Part shown: in pieces, positions 1-13,278 of the stretch
Numbering within the stretch: the stretch's first letter is position 1
Layout: every line of letters begins with the position of its first letter
NCBI RefSeq assembly: GCF_001194135.2
Contig: NC_068984.1
Location: 54,787,246-54,851,245, forward strand
Direction: 5' to 3'
Source of the DNA: Octopus bimaculoides
Taxonomy: Eukaryota
Length of the DNA: 64,000 nt
Notes under the pieces: generated by a model
What the model was told of the DNA's origin: nothing
The model's database searches: none
What the model saw: only the letters and a program-made list of their open reading frames with translations
Translations under genes and position numbers: made by a program

Positions 1-80
1 TATATATAAATTGAAAATTAGAGGTAATACTTGACAATTGTAAGCACCTGTGTATTCCAGCTAGTGGTTGCGGTGAAGGA

Positions 81-304
81 ATAAATTGTAAATCCAAAAG
101 AAAAAAAAACAACAAAACTACAAAGGATTCCGCGGTGCACGTGTTTCAAGCTCTACATGTGTATAATATAATATAACATAATATAATATAACATAATATA
201 ATATGTGTAGCTTTACATTGTAGATTATACACATATTATATTATGTTACCGCGGAATCCTTTGTAGTTTTGTTGTTATTTTTTTCTTTTGGATTTACAAT
301 TTAT
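81..304. repeat. Near-perfect inverted repeat/hairpin (MITE-like or foldback)
   Basis: 81-136 is the reverse complement of 248-304 with about one difference. 190-209 is the exact reverse complement of 228-247. The loop is 210-227, with a 53-bp insert in the left arm. Confidence 0.85.
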
Positions 305-844
305 ATATATATATATATATATATATGGATTTATGCCTGCATCTGTATTTCTGCTTGTGCGTCTAAGATCGCTTGCGCAGTTTTTGCTTGATAAATACTA
401 GATCTACGTAGTCTCAAGCTAGCAATTATTACGCCATTAACTATCAACAAAATAAGGACAATTAAATCACTTAAATCGATTACAATCTAGTTTTTTTTGT
501 TATTTTCACTTATGAATTATCTACGTTATGGTATCTATAGAGTTATCTATGTGATAGCAATTATTTTGCAGATGGAATAATGCGTTCACAATATATCTAG
601 TAAACAATCGGTTTCTGACGTCTGTTGGTCTACATGTGTGTTAATCTAACTGATCACGTCGTATCGAAGGTCGCATACATAACGTTGAAAATATCTACGC
701 ATTTATTCTCATGAAGGTATTTTTCTTTTTTGTTTGTATTTACATAAAAGCAAATCATCGTCAAGAAAGAAATGGAAATTAATTGATTAATGATGTATCA
801 AGGTGAAATTATTTGTGGGTAATTATATAATTGTGTAAAGATTT

Positions 845-1045
845 GTTGATTTCTGTGTCTATGTTTGCTCCCCCCACCATGGCTTGACAACCGGTGTTTA
901 AGTGTAAATGACTTCGTAAGCTAGTGGTTCGGCAAAAGGGACAATAGAATAAGTACTGGGGTTGATGTAGTCGACTAAAATTCTTCAAGGAGTGCCCCAG
1001 CATAACTGATGTCTAATGACTGAACAAGTAAAAGATGAAAGATGG
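845..1045 (+). mobile_element. SINE family A, 3' half, followed by a (TACA)n tail
   Basis: Collinear with the 3' half of the 18460-18858 copy (cttgacaaccg...gttcggcaaaag...aatgactgaacaagtaaaaga). (TACA)n runs about 1047-1157. Confidence 0.8.
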
Positions 1046-2263
1046 ATACATACATACAAACATACATACATACAAACATACATGCATACAAACATACATA
1101 CATACAAACATACATACATACAAACATACATACATACAAACATACATACATACATACTGACCGGCCAGTTACGGCTATTTCAGTAGCCATCTTCATTAAG
1201 ACAAAACCGTTCGGTTGATTCCGGGCTAGCTCACCTATCAGAGTATATATATTCATCATAAAAATCTAGGGATGATATAACAGATCGATAATGTGTATAC
1301 AAAAATTAATAACAACAGCTGTTTCCAACTTATATATACAATAGGGTGGAACGAAAAGGGTAATTTTTACACAAATCTTCAAAGTATGTTTTTAAGAATA
1401 TATTTGTTATTGTGAAATCCTTTAAGAACAACGGTATTGAAATCTGAAGTTCTTAAATTTATATCTTCAGGCTCCGCAGCCCGCTTGAAATTTTGAATAA
1501 GGACCAAAAATTCGATTTATAACACGTTTCACATTTTATTTTTTGCATTCATAGTTACGAATTAATTTTCCTTTGTGAAATTGTTTAACAATAATTTATA
1601 TCTTCAAGCTCCGCAATGCTCTTGAAATTTTGAAATTATGTGAAATAAATAGATTTTTCAACTTTCTTTCCTCTCTCTCTCTCTCTCTCTCTCNNNNNNN
1701 NNNNNNNNNNNNNNNNNNNNNNNNNNNNNNNNNNNNNNNNNNNNNNNNNNNNNNNNNNNNNNNNNNNNNNNNNNNNNNNNNNNNNNNNNNNNNNNNNNNN
1801 NNNNNNNNNNNNNNNNNNNNNNNNNNNNNNNNNNNNNNNNNNNNNNNNNNNNNNNNNNNNNNNNNNNNNNNNNNNNNNNNNNNNNNNNNNNNNNNNNNNN
1901 NNNNNNNNNNNNNNNNNNNNNNNNNNNNNNNNNNNNNNNNNNNNNNNNNNNNNNNNNNNNNNNNNNNNNNNNNNNNNNNNNNNNNNNNNNNNNNNNNNNN
2001 NNNNNNNNNNNNNNNNNNNNNNNNNNNNNNNNNNNNNNNNNNNNNNNNNNNNNNNNNNNNNNNNNNNNNNNNNNNNNNNNNNNNNNNNNNNNNNNNNNNN
2101 NNNNNNNNNNNNNNNNNNNNNNNNNNNNNNNNNNNNNNNNNNNNNNNNNNNNNNNNNNNNNNNNNNNNNNNNNNNNNNNNNNNNNNNNNNNNNNNNNNNN
2201 NNNNNNNNNNNNNNNNNNNNNNNNNNNNNNNNNNNNNNNNNNNNNNNNNNNNNNNNNNNNNNN

Positions 2264-2308
<45 letters not shown>

Positions 2309-3037
2309 ATGTATGTATGTATCTCTCCAGTATGTGTTTGTGTTACAGAGAAATGTTAACAACCTGCGACGGCCATCAACACAATCAATTCTTCAGGATC
2401 AACCCGATATATGAATAAATAGATAAGTAGCAGCTAATCTGTATCTGACAGTCCTCTTAATGACTATACATCCCTGTGAAGGTGGTCTAATGAGACCGAA
2501 ACACCCTCAGCTTTCTGTACAAAGCAACAGTTAGCCTCGTCTTATCACATTACCACCATTTTATATTTTAATTGAATGTAACTACTTAATATTTCTTAGC
2601 TGTTTCCTCTATTACTTTTCATTAGAATAATTCGTTAAGTTAATGAATTTTCCGCTCTATAGGTGTAATTTTAACAAAAATTTTTTGACTCACTACTTTA
2701 AGTTAGTCTCAGTTTTATTTTTAGTTTTTCTCCTACTAAAGGTAAATTTTCCAGTTTATGGATATATGCTATAGTTAGTTTCAATCTCGAAAATAGTCAC
2801 AATGCTGAACACTCGAACTACTGTCCCATCGCCTTTTAGAGAAGATAAAATTGAAATTAAACTTCGCTAACATCATCTGTTAGAGGCGGTGGCCATTGTG
2901 TGTGTGTGGATGTGTGTGTGTATTTGGGTATGTGTGTCTGCGTGTGTGTGTGTGTGCAAAGCTCATAGGCACCACTTCCTCTACTCAGACAAAATTATTA
3001 CAAAACACACAAACCAACTTAATACACACACATACAC

Positions 3038-3077
<40 letters not shown>

Positions 3078-3085
3078 GTATTATG

Positions 3086-3124
<39 letters not shown>

Positions 3125-4645
3125 TATGCATACACACACACATACATATGTGCAAATGTAATTTCCACACTCACACACACATATATTCCCACATATACAT
3201 ACATCTATATACTCAAACATACGTACATTTATGGTGGTATGTATCTATGTGTGTATTGGTGAAATAGTTTATTATTGTATAATCAGGATATGTAATCGAT
3301 AGGTTATGTTATTTGCCAAACTTATTTGGTGTCCATTAATGTTACGTTATGTTATTATTCGAATGGAAACGTGATAGCATGCTAAACTGAGGAAATACGT
3401 TTTCAATCTATGTCTTAACCAGTTGGACAACGTCATTCACATAGAAAGAAAAATAGAATATTGCTTTGAAATTTAAATTTCTTTATTTATATATTTGATT
3501 TTTAACTAAAAGCATTTTCAATTATGTTTATATTGATTATATTAAATTTCTACTCTCGAGAACTCTGATGAAAATATTTGTTAATTTTGGAAAATGACTT
3601 GTATTTAATTGAAAAAGATTTTCAAATAAGTTTAATTCAAATTAAAATACATGTTGTATAAACAATCTTAAATTGGAGAAAACATTGTTATGATGTTATC
3701 TTGGAAATCTTACAGGAAACAGTAAACAAATCTCACGCTTTAACAAGTCTTTCAGAATAACTTTTACAAACTTGTCTAAGGAATAGAAAGTGTGTTTCAG
3801 AATTCCTGTCATAAACGTTTGACATGTAAAGACGATGAATAAACCATTAAACACCAGGAAGTTTTAATGCAAATTAATCTACAGACAAGATTTTGTTTGA
3901 ATCTTTATATAATCGAACATTAAAATATGAATACATCAGTAAGAGTTGTTTCCGTAATGATGTTTCCTTTCAGTAAGATTACTAGTATTAGTATTAAATA
4001 TGAAACACCTACTTGTTATAATCATCTATTTGAATATTATTAATTAAGGGAGGATAGATAAATGTGTGAGCAGATAACACTGAATGTTTAAAATTAAAAC
4101 CCTCAACAAACTAATGTATTCACAGATATGCACTCAAACAGACAGTCTAACACGTATGCGTACGGAAAATAGATTTAGACACTGGAAAGAATAGAAAACC
4201 ATTTTTCGTGAATGTTCTTGCTCCACTTCATTCTGTTCTTCAAAGATGTGTATTCTTATGTGCGGATGCATTTGTGTCCTTGTTTGTGCGTGAGTGTGTA
4301 TGTGTGCGTGCATGTTTGTGCATGTGTGTATGCTTGTGTGTGTGTGTCATATGGACAGTGGACATAAGTTAAAATAAGAAAATAAGAACAGTAATAAACG
4401 AGTGAAGAAAAAATATATATGTTTATTTGGCAAAAAAAAAATGATCATCCCGAAATACAACAATATCTGTTTCAACACACGATTTCACATCAGGTAACTT
4501 GCAAAATGAGTTGATAAACGTAACATACATACATACATACATACATTTATACATACACACACATACACACATATATATATTTACATATACACACGTAGAC
4601 ACACACATACATAAATACCATTTCTTAATAACGAGTGTTCCTTCA

Positions 4646-5238
4646 TCTGTATATATAAAAGGCAGGATGTGTGTGTGTGTGTGTACGTAAAGGTAATTTA
4701 TGCACGTCCACAAATTAGCACGCATGTCGCTCCAATTTTAGGAGGACATTCGTCATGACCCTATCTGCATTTTCGTCAGCTTTTTCTCTCAGAGGCACCC
4801 GCGTATAGCTGTAAAAATCGATTTTCAACCATAACTTTTACCCATTTTGAAGTTTGCAAACATGGCGAAGTGAAGGTGTGCGTGTGAGGGAGAGAGAAAT
4901 TGTGTGTTGATGTATGTGTGTGTGTGAGATGGGGAGTGAGGGAGAGATAGAGATTGTTTGACAGCGTCTAACAAAACAAAGTAAAGAAAAAGTGGGAGAA
5001 GGAGACAGAAAGCGTCTAACGAAAGAAAAGGTAGGTGTGAGTTAGGAAGACAGAGTGTCAGCGTAAAATGCTTTTTTTTTTCTTAAACATGAGATATAGT
5101 TTCAGATATAGAATGTTTTTGAAAGACACTATATTTTATAATGAGATTATATATACTTTCTCACACAACAATTAAAATATATTTATTTTAAATCATTTAT
5201 TTTAAATCGTTCATCTTTCTCCCCCCCTCGCACTTTCA

Positions 5239-5272
<34 letters not shown>

Positions 5273-6199
5273 NNNNNNNNNNNNNNNNNNNNNNNNNNNN
5301 NNNNNNNNNNNNNNNNNNNNNNNNNNNNNNNNNNNNNNNNNNNNNNNNNNNNNNNNNNNNNNNNNNNNNNNNNNNNNNNNNNNNNNNNNNNNNNNNNNNN
5401 NNNNNNNNNNNNNNNNNNNNNNNNNNNNNNNNNNNNNNNNNNNNNNNNNNNNNNNNNNNNNNNNNNNNAATTACACAATATAAATGGGCAAAATTTCCGA
5501 GGCTTCCACCACACCCCAACCCGTTTTTAGGACTACAAAAAGAGTCTTGTAGCATATTAGCAGGTCAGGATAGTTGATTCCACACAAAAAATCCGATTTA
5601 AATTTTTCTTAGTGAAAATCGTGCGAGTGTTATTTAAAAATTTAGCTGGAGTTTTTCATGGTAAATTTGAGATTTAAAAAAAAAAATTATCCATATTCTT
5701 AATCTCCGTATTTTTCCCGTACATTGAAAAATAGATGGTGAAAAGATCAATGTGTTGGGAGAGTGAAATTCCGAGAATTTCAGCACACCCCAACCCATTT
5801 TTCGGACCACAAAAATGGTTTTGTAGTATATTAGTAAACCAGGGTAGTTGATTCCACACAAAAAATCCGAGTTATTTTTTTTCTTAGTGAAAATCGTGCG
5901 AGTGTTATCTAAAAATGTAGCTGTAGTTTTTCATGGTAAATTTGAGATTTAAAAATATGACTTCCATATTCTCCAACAACAATGCTCACTCGGTTGATAT
6001 CAGTGATTGGCTAAGTTGCTCATAGAGTTAACCTAGAAGGGACAGGCCCTTTATTTTCAGCAAACCATTTTCAGACAAACCAATTTAAACGGATTTCGCT
6101 CAAATCTGATGTCGATGTTACTTATTTTGGTTTGAAATAAAGCACTTGATCACTTAATAATCCTAGCTTAATCCCGGGCAACGTCGGCTATACTGCTAG
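4646..6199 (+). mobile_element. Non-autonomous Helitron-like element with internal ~275-bp tandem duplication
   Basis: Starts A|TC (tctgtatatataaaaggcagg) and ends with a GC-rich hairpin-like motif (cccgggcaacgtcgg) then CTAG|T. Units at about 5491 and 5767 are paralogous. Contains an N-gap. Confidence 0.65.
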
Positions 6200-6488
6200 T
6201 ATTTTGATAAATACATTTTCCTGAATATATAAGGCAATATATACATATCAAAAGACATTCATAATAAAATAATACACATAGAATTAGAAACATATGAAGT
6301 GTAAAAGAAATTGCAATAATATATATATGGATATAAATAATGTACATAATTAATATCGAAGTGACATCTGAATCTCCCTGTGTGTGCTTTAGCTTGTGTG
6401 TGTTGTTGCGTGTATGTCTGCTTGCATGTGCATGTGTTTACGCGTGTATATATCTGTACACACACACACACAAACACACACATATATA

Positions 6489-6561
<73 letters not shown>

Positions 6562-6715
6562 AAAGTGTGTAGCGATGCACGAAATTGTAAATGAGTGCTA
6601 ACCAAGTCACCCATTTTTAATACGAAACATTCAATTTGCTAGTAGCCGCTGTAAAAGTAACTGCTGGAAATCCTGTCATCACTTTCACACATCATTTATG
6701 CTCTATTGCAATAAT

Positions 6716-6786
6716 AATAATAATGATGGTAATACTAATACAACTATTATTATTATTATTATTAATATTATTATTATTATTATTAA

Positions 6787-6849
<63 letters not shown>

Positions 6850-6868
6850 TACTACTACTGATAATACT
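6716..6868. repeat. (ATT)n microsatellite
   Basis: Read directly from the sequence. Confidence 0.97.
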
Positions 6869-7551
6869 ATAATAGCCTAGTTATTAAGCTTGGGTGCCTA
6901 CGCAAATATGGTATGGCTATGAAGACTATACGATATAGTCAAAACTTGCAAAGTCATTTTATAACTCGTCTTACCCTACGTATCGCTATTCCCAAAAGAT
7001 GAAACATATAACAAAATTATCCTTCATAAAAAATTTTGGACTTAAAAACATATGCAGTAACTTGAGAAATAAGAGTATTTTAAAAGCCAAAAGAATATTT
7101 TGTTTGAAAAGATAATAAATCGAAGAGAAAATGTAATTTACGCTATGTTTGCGTTTGATTGACGTAAGATTCTTTTATATGTTAAATGTGAACATTTAAC
7201 CGGTGTCTGTGGTTAACAATTATTATGAGTCTGCACTAACAAAAGTTTATGTTGTTTTCGTTTTTTCTTTTGTATGTTTGAAAGCTGATAGAAAATTATG
7301 TTGCTATTTATTTAAAGTGTTGGGAAACGCATCTATGTATTTCATCAACAAATGTAACCGATCAAAGATCATTATCATTTTTTATGAAAGCGACAAAAAA
7401 TGTAGCTGTTCCAACAATTAAAAGCGTTAAGAACAGTGGGTACGTCAATCCATTAAGAAACATTGTTTGAAAGACAAGCTTGAAATTGATAAAAATCACA
7501 ATATGACTGTTTCAACTGGAATATCAGTAAAGTGAGGCTAGAAATTCTTTT

Positions 7552-7937
7552 CTACTCTAGGCACAAGGCCCGAAATTTTGGGGGAGAGGGCCAGTCGATT
7601 GGATCGCCCCCAGTACTTAGTTCATCGACCCCGAAAGGATAAAAAGCAAAGTAGACCTCGGAGGAATGTGAACTCAGAGCATAAAGACAGACGAGATACC
7701 GCTAAGCATTTCGCCCGGCATGCTAACGTTTCTTATTTCATTATTGCCTACAAGGGGCTAAACATAGAGGGACAAACATCGACCTCAGTGCGTAACTGGT
7801 ACTTAATTTATTGACCCCAAAAGGATGAAAGGCAAAGTCAACCTTGGCAGAATTTGAGCTCAGAACGTAACGGCAGACGAAATACCGCTAAGCATTTCGC
7901 CCGGCGTGCTAACGTCTCTGCCAGCTCGCCACCTTAA
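7552..7937 (-). mobile_element. Two adjacent SINE family B copies (tRNA-like head) with different 3' tails
   Basis: Shared body gaaatgcttagcggtat(t/c)tcgtctg...gagttcaaatt (B-box-like), collinear with the copies at 38924, 44165 and 62320. Confidence 0.85.
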
Positions 7938-8394
7938 TGAGGGTAGAAATTTGATGGTTCATGCTTCCCTACGCATTGGTTTTCTACAGTGTTAGGTAAA
8001 AGGCAGGCCAACAGTTATCATTTATAATACTGGATTAAAAATAAAATATCACGTTAATTAAATATAAAAAATTAATTCATAATCTGAGACGAATGTATTG
8101 CTCAAATGAATATCAGTTTTAAAATGTTTAAAACATTCTCTTGCAGTTGTAGTAAATTTTATTTGGATTTGGCATATTGACCATATTTTTGATTTAATCA
8201 GTTAATTGGTGTTCCAGTAAGTCGATGATCAAAGGTATTCTATGACTGATTATCTCATTTTTTTTCGGGTTATCTCGAACTAAATTATGTATAGTGCATA
8301 TTCCTTATTTATGACGTTAGAACTTGAGTTAAATTTTGCTGCTAATTGTAGCAGGTTCAACTACACATCTAGTAAATGGGCAAAATTCCTTTCA

Positions 8395-8536
8395 TTTCGA
8401 TTTTCGTACTTAAAATTGAGATCGAGTGAGCATTTACCCTTTTGCACAACTACAGTTTCCGTCCATGCTAAGCTCGATTTAGGAGACCTGCGTTACTATT
8501 TGACAGACTTGACACCTCACTCAAACTCCTCGACCT
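8395..8536 (-). pseudogene. Decayed fragment of 28S (LSU) rRNA, domain V region
   Basis: The minus strand reads ggagtttgagtgaggtgtcaagtctgtcaaatagtaacgcaggtctcctaa...aagggtaaatgctcactcgatctcaattttaagtacgaa. This is collinear with the conserved eukaryotic 28S segment GGAGTTTGACTGGGGCGGTACACCTGTCAAACGGTAACGCAGGTGTCCTAAG...AAGGGCAAAAGCTCGCTTGATCTTGATTTTCAGTACGAA (recalled from memory). Confidence 0.8.
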
Positions 8537-9000
8537 ATAGGAATGGTAGTCATTACAATAGACATTTACAAGAGAATATACATTAAGTTATCAACCTTTA
8601 CGTCTTATTTAATTAAATTTATTTAATCTGAATTAAAAGTTAGCCGCACGAGGAAGGAGGTACTAATGTATGTGGTTATCTGGAATATAACCGCATATTT
8701 TGGCATCTAATCTGCTAGGCTATACTATCTTGTTGGAGTCTTGCGCATAAGAAACTGTGTAAAAGCAGAGCAAAATAAAGGACAGTGTTCCTCCGTGTTT
8801 ACACGTAATATGTCAGAAAGTCTAACCCAACTGCCTAACATCTTAGTTCTTTTACTGGTGTCTAATACTGTTGCAAGCCTTACGAACAGGTATCTGCACT
8901 GAAGACATCCTCCCTTCTTCTTTCTGCCATTCTCGGAAACTAAGAACTCCCCTGTATAAACACACACACACGTACACTCACACACACAAACCCACATGAT

Positions 9001-9037
<37 letters not shown>

Positions 9038-9064
9038 CTATACATGAATACATACATACAAACA

Positions 9065-9065
<1 letters not shown>

Positions 9066-9127
<62 letters not shown>

Positions 9128-9131
9128 TTAA

Positions 9132-9168
<37 letters not shown>

Positions 9169-9245
9169 CATCTGTCCGTCTATCTGTCTGTCTGTCTGTC
9201 TGTCTGTCTATTGGTCTGTCTGTCTGTCTGTCTGTCCATCTATCT
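9066..9245. repeat. (TCTA)n/(TCTG)n compound tetranucleotide microsatellite
   Basis: Read directly from the sequence. Confidence 0.95.
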
Positions 9246-9883
9246 ATGCATATATGTGGATAGAATATAAGGACGCAGAAACACCGGCGTCTTATGATGT
9301 CATGACGTCATTCATAGCTCAACAATGTATTTTTGAAACATATTGTCGGTAAGAAGAATTTTTTCCCGAGACTGTTTCTGCAGCGAAAGCTCTTCTCGTA
9401 GCGGAGTGTTAAACATGATTGTACTGCATGTATATTTTTCTGAAATTCTAGTTAAATAATTCCATCTTGACCAAGCGTTCCACACACCAGCAAATATACT
9501 ATTTGTTGTTCTTATAAATAAAAACGATCCTTCTTATAGAGGTCTGAAAATCTGATTCGGTATACGTAGCCGACAAAGCTTAACGATGCGACAAATGGTC
9601 TTCCCATATTTGAATGTGCACAAATGCGTTAAAATATGATTGTACACGCATATATTTCATTCAACTCTACTTTGTATACACCTGTGTGTTTTGTTTTGTT
9701 CAGTATGACAGGTATTTTATTCGATGTCATGATATTACGGTTTATTCATTATATCATTCTACACCAGTGTTTTGCAATATGGTGAAACCATTTCAGATTA
9801 CACTCGATTCACCTTATTTTTTGGTACCTTAAAGTCAGTTTCAGACTATGCCTCATGGTTAGTTGAATACGTTTCCATATACT

Positions 9884-10077
9884 TTGTTGTTGTTGTTGTT
9901 GTTGTTGTTGTTCTTCTTCTTCTTCTTCTTCTTCTTCTTCTTCTTCTTCTTCTTCTTCTTCTTCTTCTTCTTCTTCTTCTTCTTCTTCTTCTTCTTCGTC
10001 TTCTTCTTCTTCTTTTTCTTCTTCTTTTTCTTCTTCTTCTTCTTCTTCTTCTTCTTCTTCTTCTTCTTCTTCTTCTT

Positions 10078-10126
<49 letters not shown>

Positions 10127-10127
10127 C
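9884..10127. repeat. Compound (GTT)n-(CTT)n-(CTA)n microsatellite
   Basis: Read directly; it explains the poly-L/E/R/F ORFs in the track. Confidence 0.97.
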
Positions 10128-10439
10128 AACCACTTGAGATACAGGAAGTAATTTGAAATAGCATTTACTTAAAGTCTTTGCCCTGGAGTGCTAAACTTCG
10201 TCGCAATGTACATTGGGAATTTGAACACCCCTCCACAACAAAAAGAAAGTTCATACCTGAATGCATAAAAAATAAATTCAATTTAAATGGAATATTTACT
10301 TAAACAATGCATACTGGCTGATCGATATTTCATCAAAGCGGTGTTCAACTAGCAAAAGGTTGAGAAACACTGCTTTAAGCTTTTCGATCCTCTGATTTGC
10401 ACATCTAACTCTATTTATGTGTCGTCTGTGAAAATTGTG

Positions 10440-10822
10440 GTTGCATAAAGAAGCTCATTTTGCAACCATGTGGTTTAAAATTCCGTTCCATAGCGTGGCA
10501 CCTTGCACAAATGTCATATACTCTAGCACCGAGCTAACCCTGTGAGTGGATTTGATGGACGGAAACTGTGTCCATCGTATACAAAGTATTATGTATATAT
10601 GTGAATGCGTGTCTTTGTATTTTCGATGGTCACTCTGACCTCGCTTGATAACCGGAGTTTATTTATTTAGTTCCTGTAACCTGCCGGTTTGGCAAATGGC
10701 ATTGGTAGAATAAGTACTTGAGTTATTTTTTAAGTATTGGTGCCAAGTTCTTCGACTGAACCATATAAAGCAGTGCCAGTATAGCCACATTCCAATGACT
10801 GAAACAAATAAAAGATTAAAGA
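10440..10822 (+). mobile_element. SINE family A, diverged near-full-length copy
   Basis: Head (caaccatgtggttt...gtggcaccttg), middle (gagtggatttgatggacggaaactg) and tail (aatgactgaaacaaataaaaga) all match 18460-18858. Confidence 0.75.
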
Positions 10823-13278
10823 TTTAAATACTTGAAAATTGTTATATAGTCTATAACAGCAATTACCAACTGACATGTACTGGATGAAATGTGTTTTCCC
10901 GTATGTTATACAACACTTTTTATTTTCCATCGTTCAGTGCAATTAAGTACAACCTTTTATAAGGTTTATATGTATTCCAACAAATATTGCAGAACCTACA
11001 ATTGCAGCCATATTATTATGTTTTCCTGTCTAACATGCAGTAAACCATACACCTGCAAGTTGTGGTTAACATAATATATAAATAGAATATTTTTGAACAT
11101 TATTAATTTGTTATTTTCCAGCTCCAGCAAACAATTATTGATCAGGCCTATGAAGAGATGATTTCAGCTATGATCGTCTTGAATTTTATTTAAACAATAT
11201 ATTTTAGACTTTATCACCCACTATACACTGCAATGTTTTAAAGACAGGAGTGACCTTGATGTGAAGGGCATTACTACAGAAAAAATAATAATGCCACACG
11301 CTGGACTTCTCAAAATAACCACATTAAGTACCGAATGCGAGGAAAAACAACCAAACAGAAGACGACCAACTTTCTTTTAAATAACTTAACTATGTATCGA
11401 CCGATTTCGCGATTACTAGAATAAATCTAGATTTCGCTCGTCCGCATAGTATTGTTCCCAAAATATATATAAATAAACAGAATTCTCACCTCACCAAAAA
11501 CGAACACCCTACGTATCCGATAGAGTAAAGGGAATGAAGTTTATCTGTATATATCTTCATCATAGAAGCGGGAATACTTCCGGGTTGCTTTTGTGTACAC
11601 ATGTGAAGACAGGAATAAAAATTCAGCATTGAATATATTCCGTGTATATATTTGATTAATAAATTCAAAAGGGGATAAAACTCTTTTACAAGAATTTTAT
11701 CAAGAAGCCAGTGTGTAAAAATATTCATAAGGGAAATTTCTATTCCCAAGAATATAATTNNNNNNNNNNNNNNNNNNNNNNNNNNNNNNNNNNNNNNNNN
11801 NNNNNNNNNNNNNNNNNNNNNNNNNNNNNNNNNNNNNNNNNNNNNNNNNNNNNNNNNNNNNNNNNNNNNNNNNNNNNNNNNNNNNNNNNNNNNNNNNNNN
11901 NNNNNNNNNNNNNNNNNNNNNNNNNNNNNNNNNNNNNNNNNNNNNNNNNNNNNNNNNNNNNNNNNNNNNNNNNNNNNNNNNNNNNNNNNNNNNNNNNNNN
12001 NNNNNNNNNNNNNNNNNNNNNNNNNNNNNNNNNNNNNNNNNNNNNNNNNNNNNNNNNNNNNNNNNNNNNNNNNNNNNNNNNNNNNNNNNNNNNNNNNNNN
12101 NNATGCATACATGTATATGTATACATATGTGTAGATGTATATATATAGATGCACATGTAATATGTACACATATATACACATATATGCATGCATACAGATA
12201 TCTATACATATATATACACACACACCCATTCACATGCACACAAACACATACATTAGTCATTTGTTTTTTATCCAAAACTACGTCAAAAGTACTGAATGGA
12301 TCTTTATGAAATCTGGAAATTATATTCCATGCATAACAGCCATAACCCCCATGAAAATTCATATATTTTTGATGTTGATGAAATTTTAACCATACATATT
12401 ACACACAAATAAAGTAATATTTCTAAAATTTCTTCTTAGAAGTTACAAAGACCCCTTCATTGGGACTTCACACCCACAAGTTAGTCATTTTTCCAAAGCA
12501 AAGACGAATACAGTTGTACCATTGGTAGGTATAGGGTCACCCGAACATAACAGATGAGCATTATTTGTAATTCAACGGTACAACAGTGTAAGACTATCCT
12601 TTCAGATATACTTACATTGTGATTTCTGCAATGTGGTGCATAAATTGTCAAGTAAATGAGACTCATCTTTGCCTCCACTGATTCACTTGCAAAGTGTTGA
12701 ATAAAATTATTTCGTTGCAGACCTCCTTTCAGTCTTTTTATTATCACTGAGTCACACATAGTCCCCAGTTCGTAACATTGATTTCAAGGCCCCCGCCCCA
12801 TGAGTGACTGGTTGTTCTCAGACATTTATTGATTGTAAATTTTTTCTTCCCAGTTACCTATCGGTATAGTGGTCATTTGCAAACTCCAGAGGCGACACTT
12901 TCATTTCCCTTTACTCCAAACGTCAGACGTTGTTATTTCAATTGGGTCATGCCCTTCCAATTGCTATAGATCCGTAATGCATCTTACAGCTGTACCTGTC
13001 ACCTGTATGCTAAGGAATCCTACATTGGGGAGTAGTTTCGACTATGCTAGGGTAGCCGACTGATTATCGTGATCATTCGTCTTTTGGTTTCCTGTAGCTT
13101 TACTCTCTTTTACAAACCCAGTGAACATACATATATTTCCTATTTCAAAGAAATTCAAACAATACATATTAGACCCAAGTTAAAAACATTCCCAACATTC
13201 CAAGACCTCCATTTTTCAGGAGTAAAATACTTCTTACAGGGTCCATAACACTAGAATTTTCGAATATGCGCATAAATA

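Noticed and set aside
9763-10370. Possible hAT/Charlie MITE (cagtgttttgcaa ... aaaaggttgagaaacactg)
   Set aside because: The right end is Charlie-like, but the left match is poor and the 8-bp flanks do not form a TSD.
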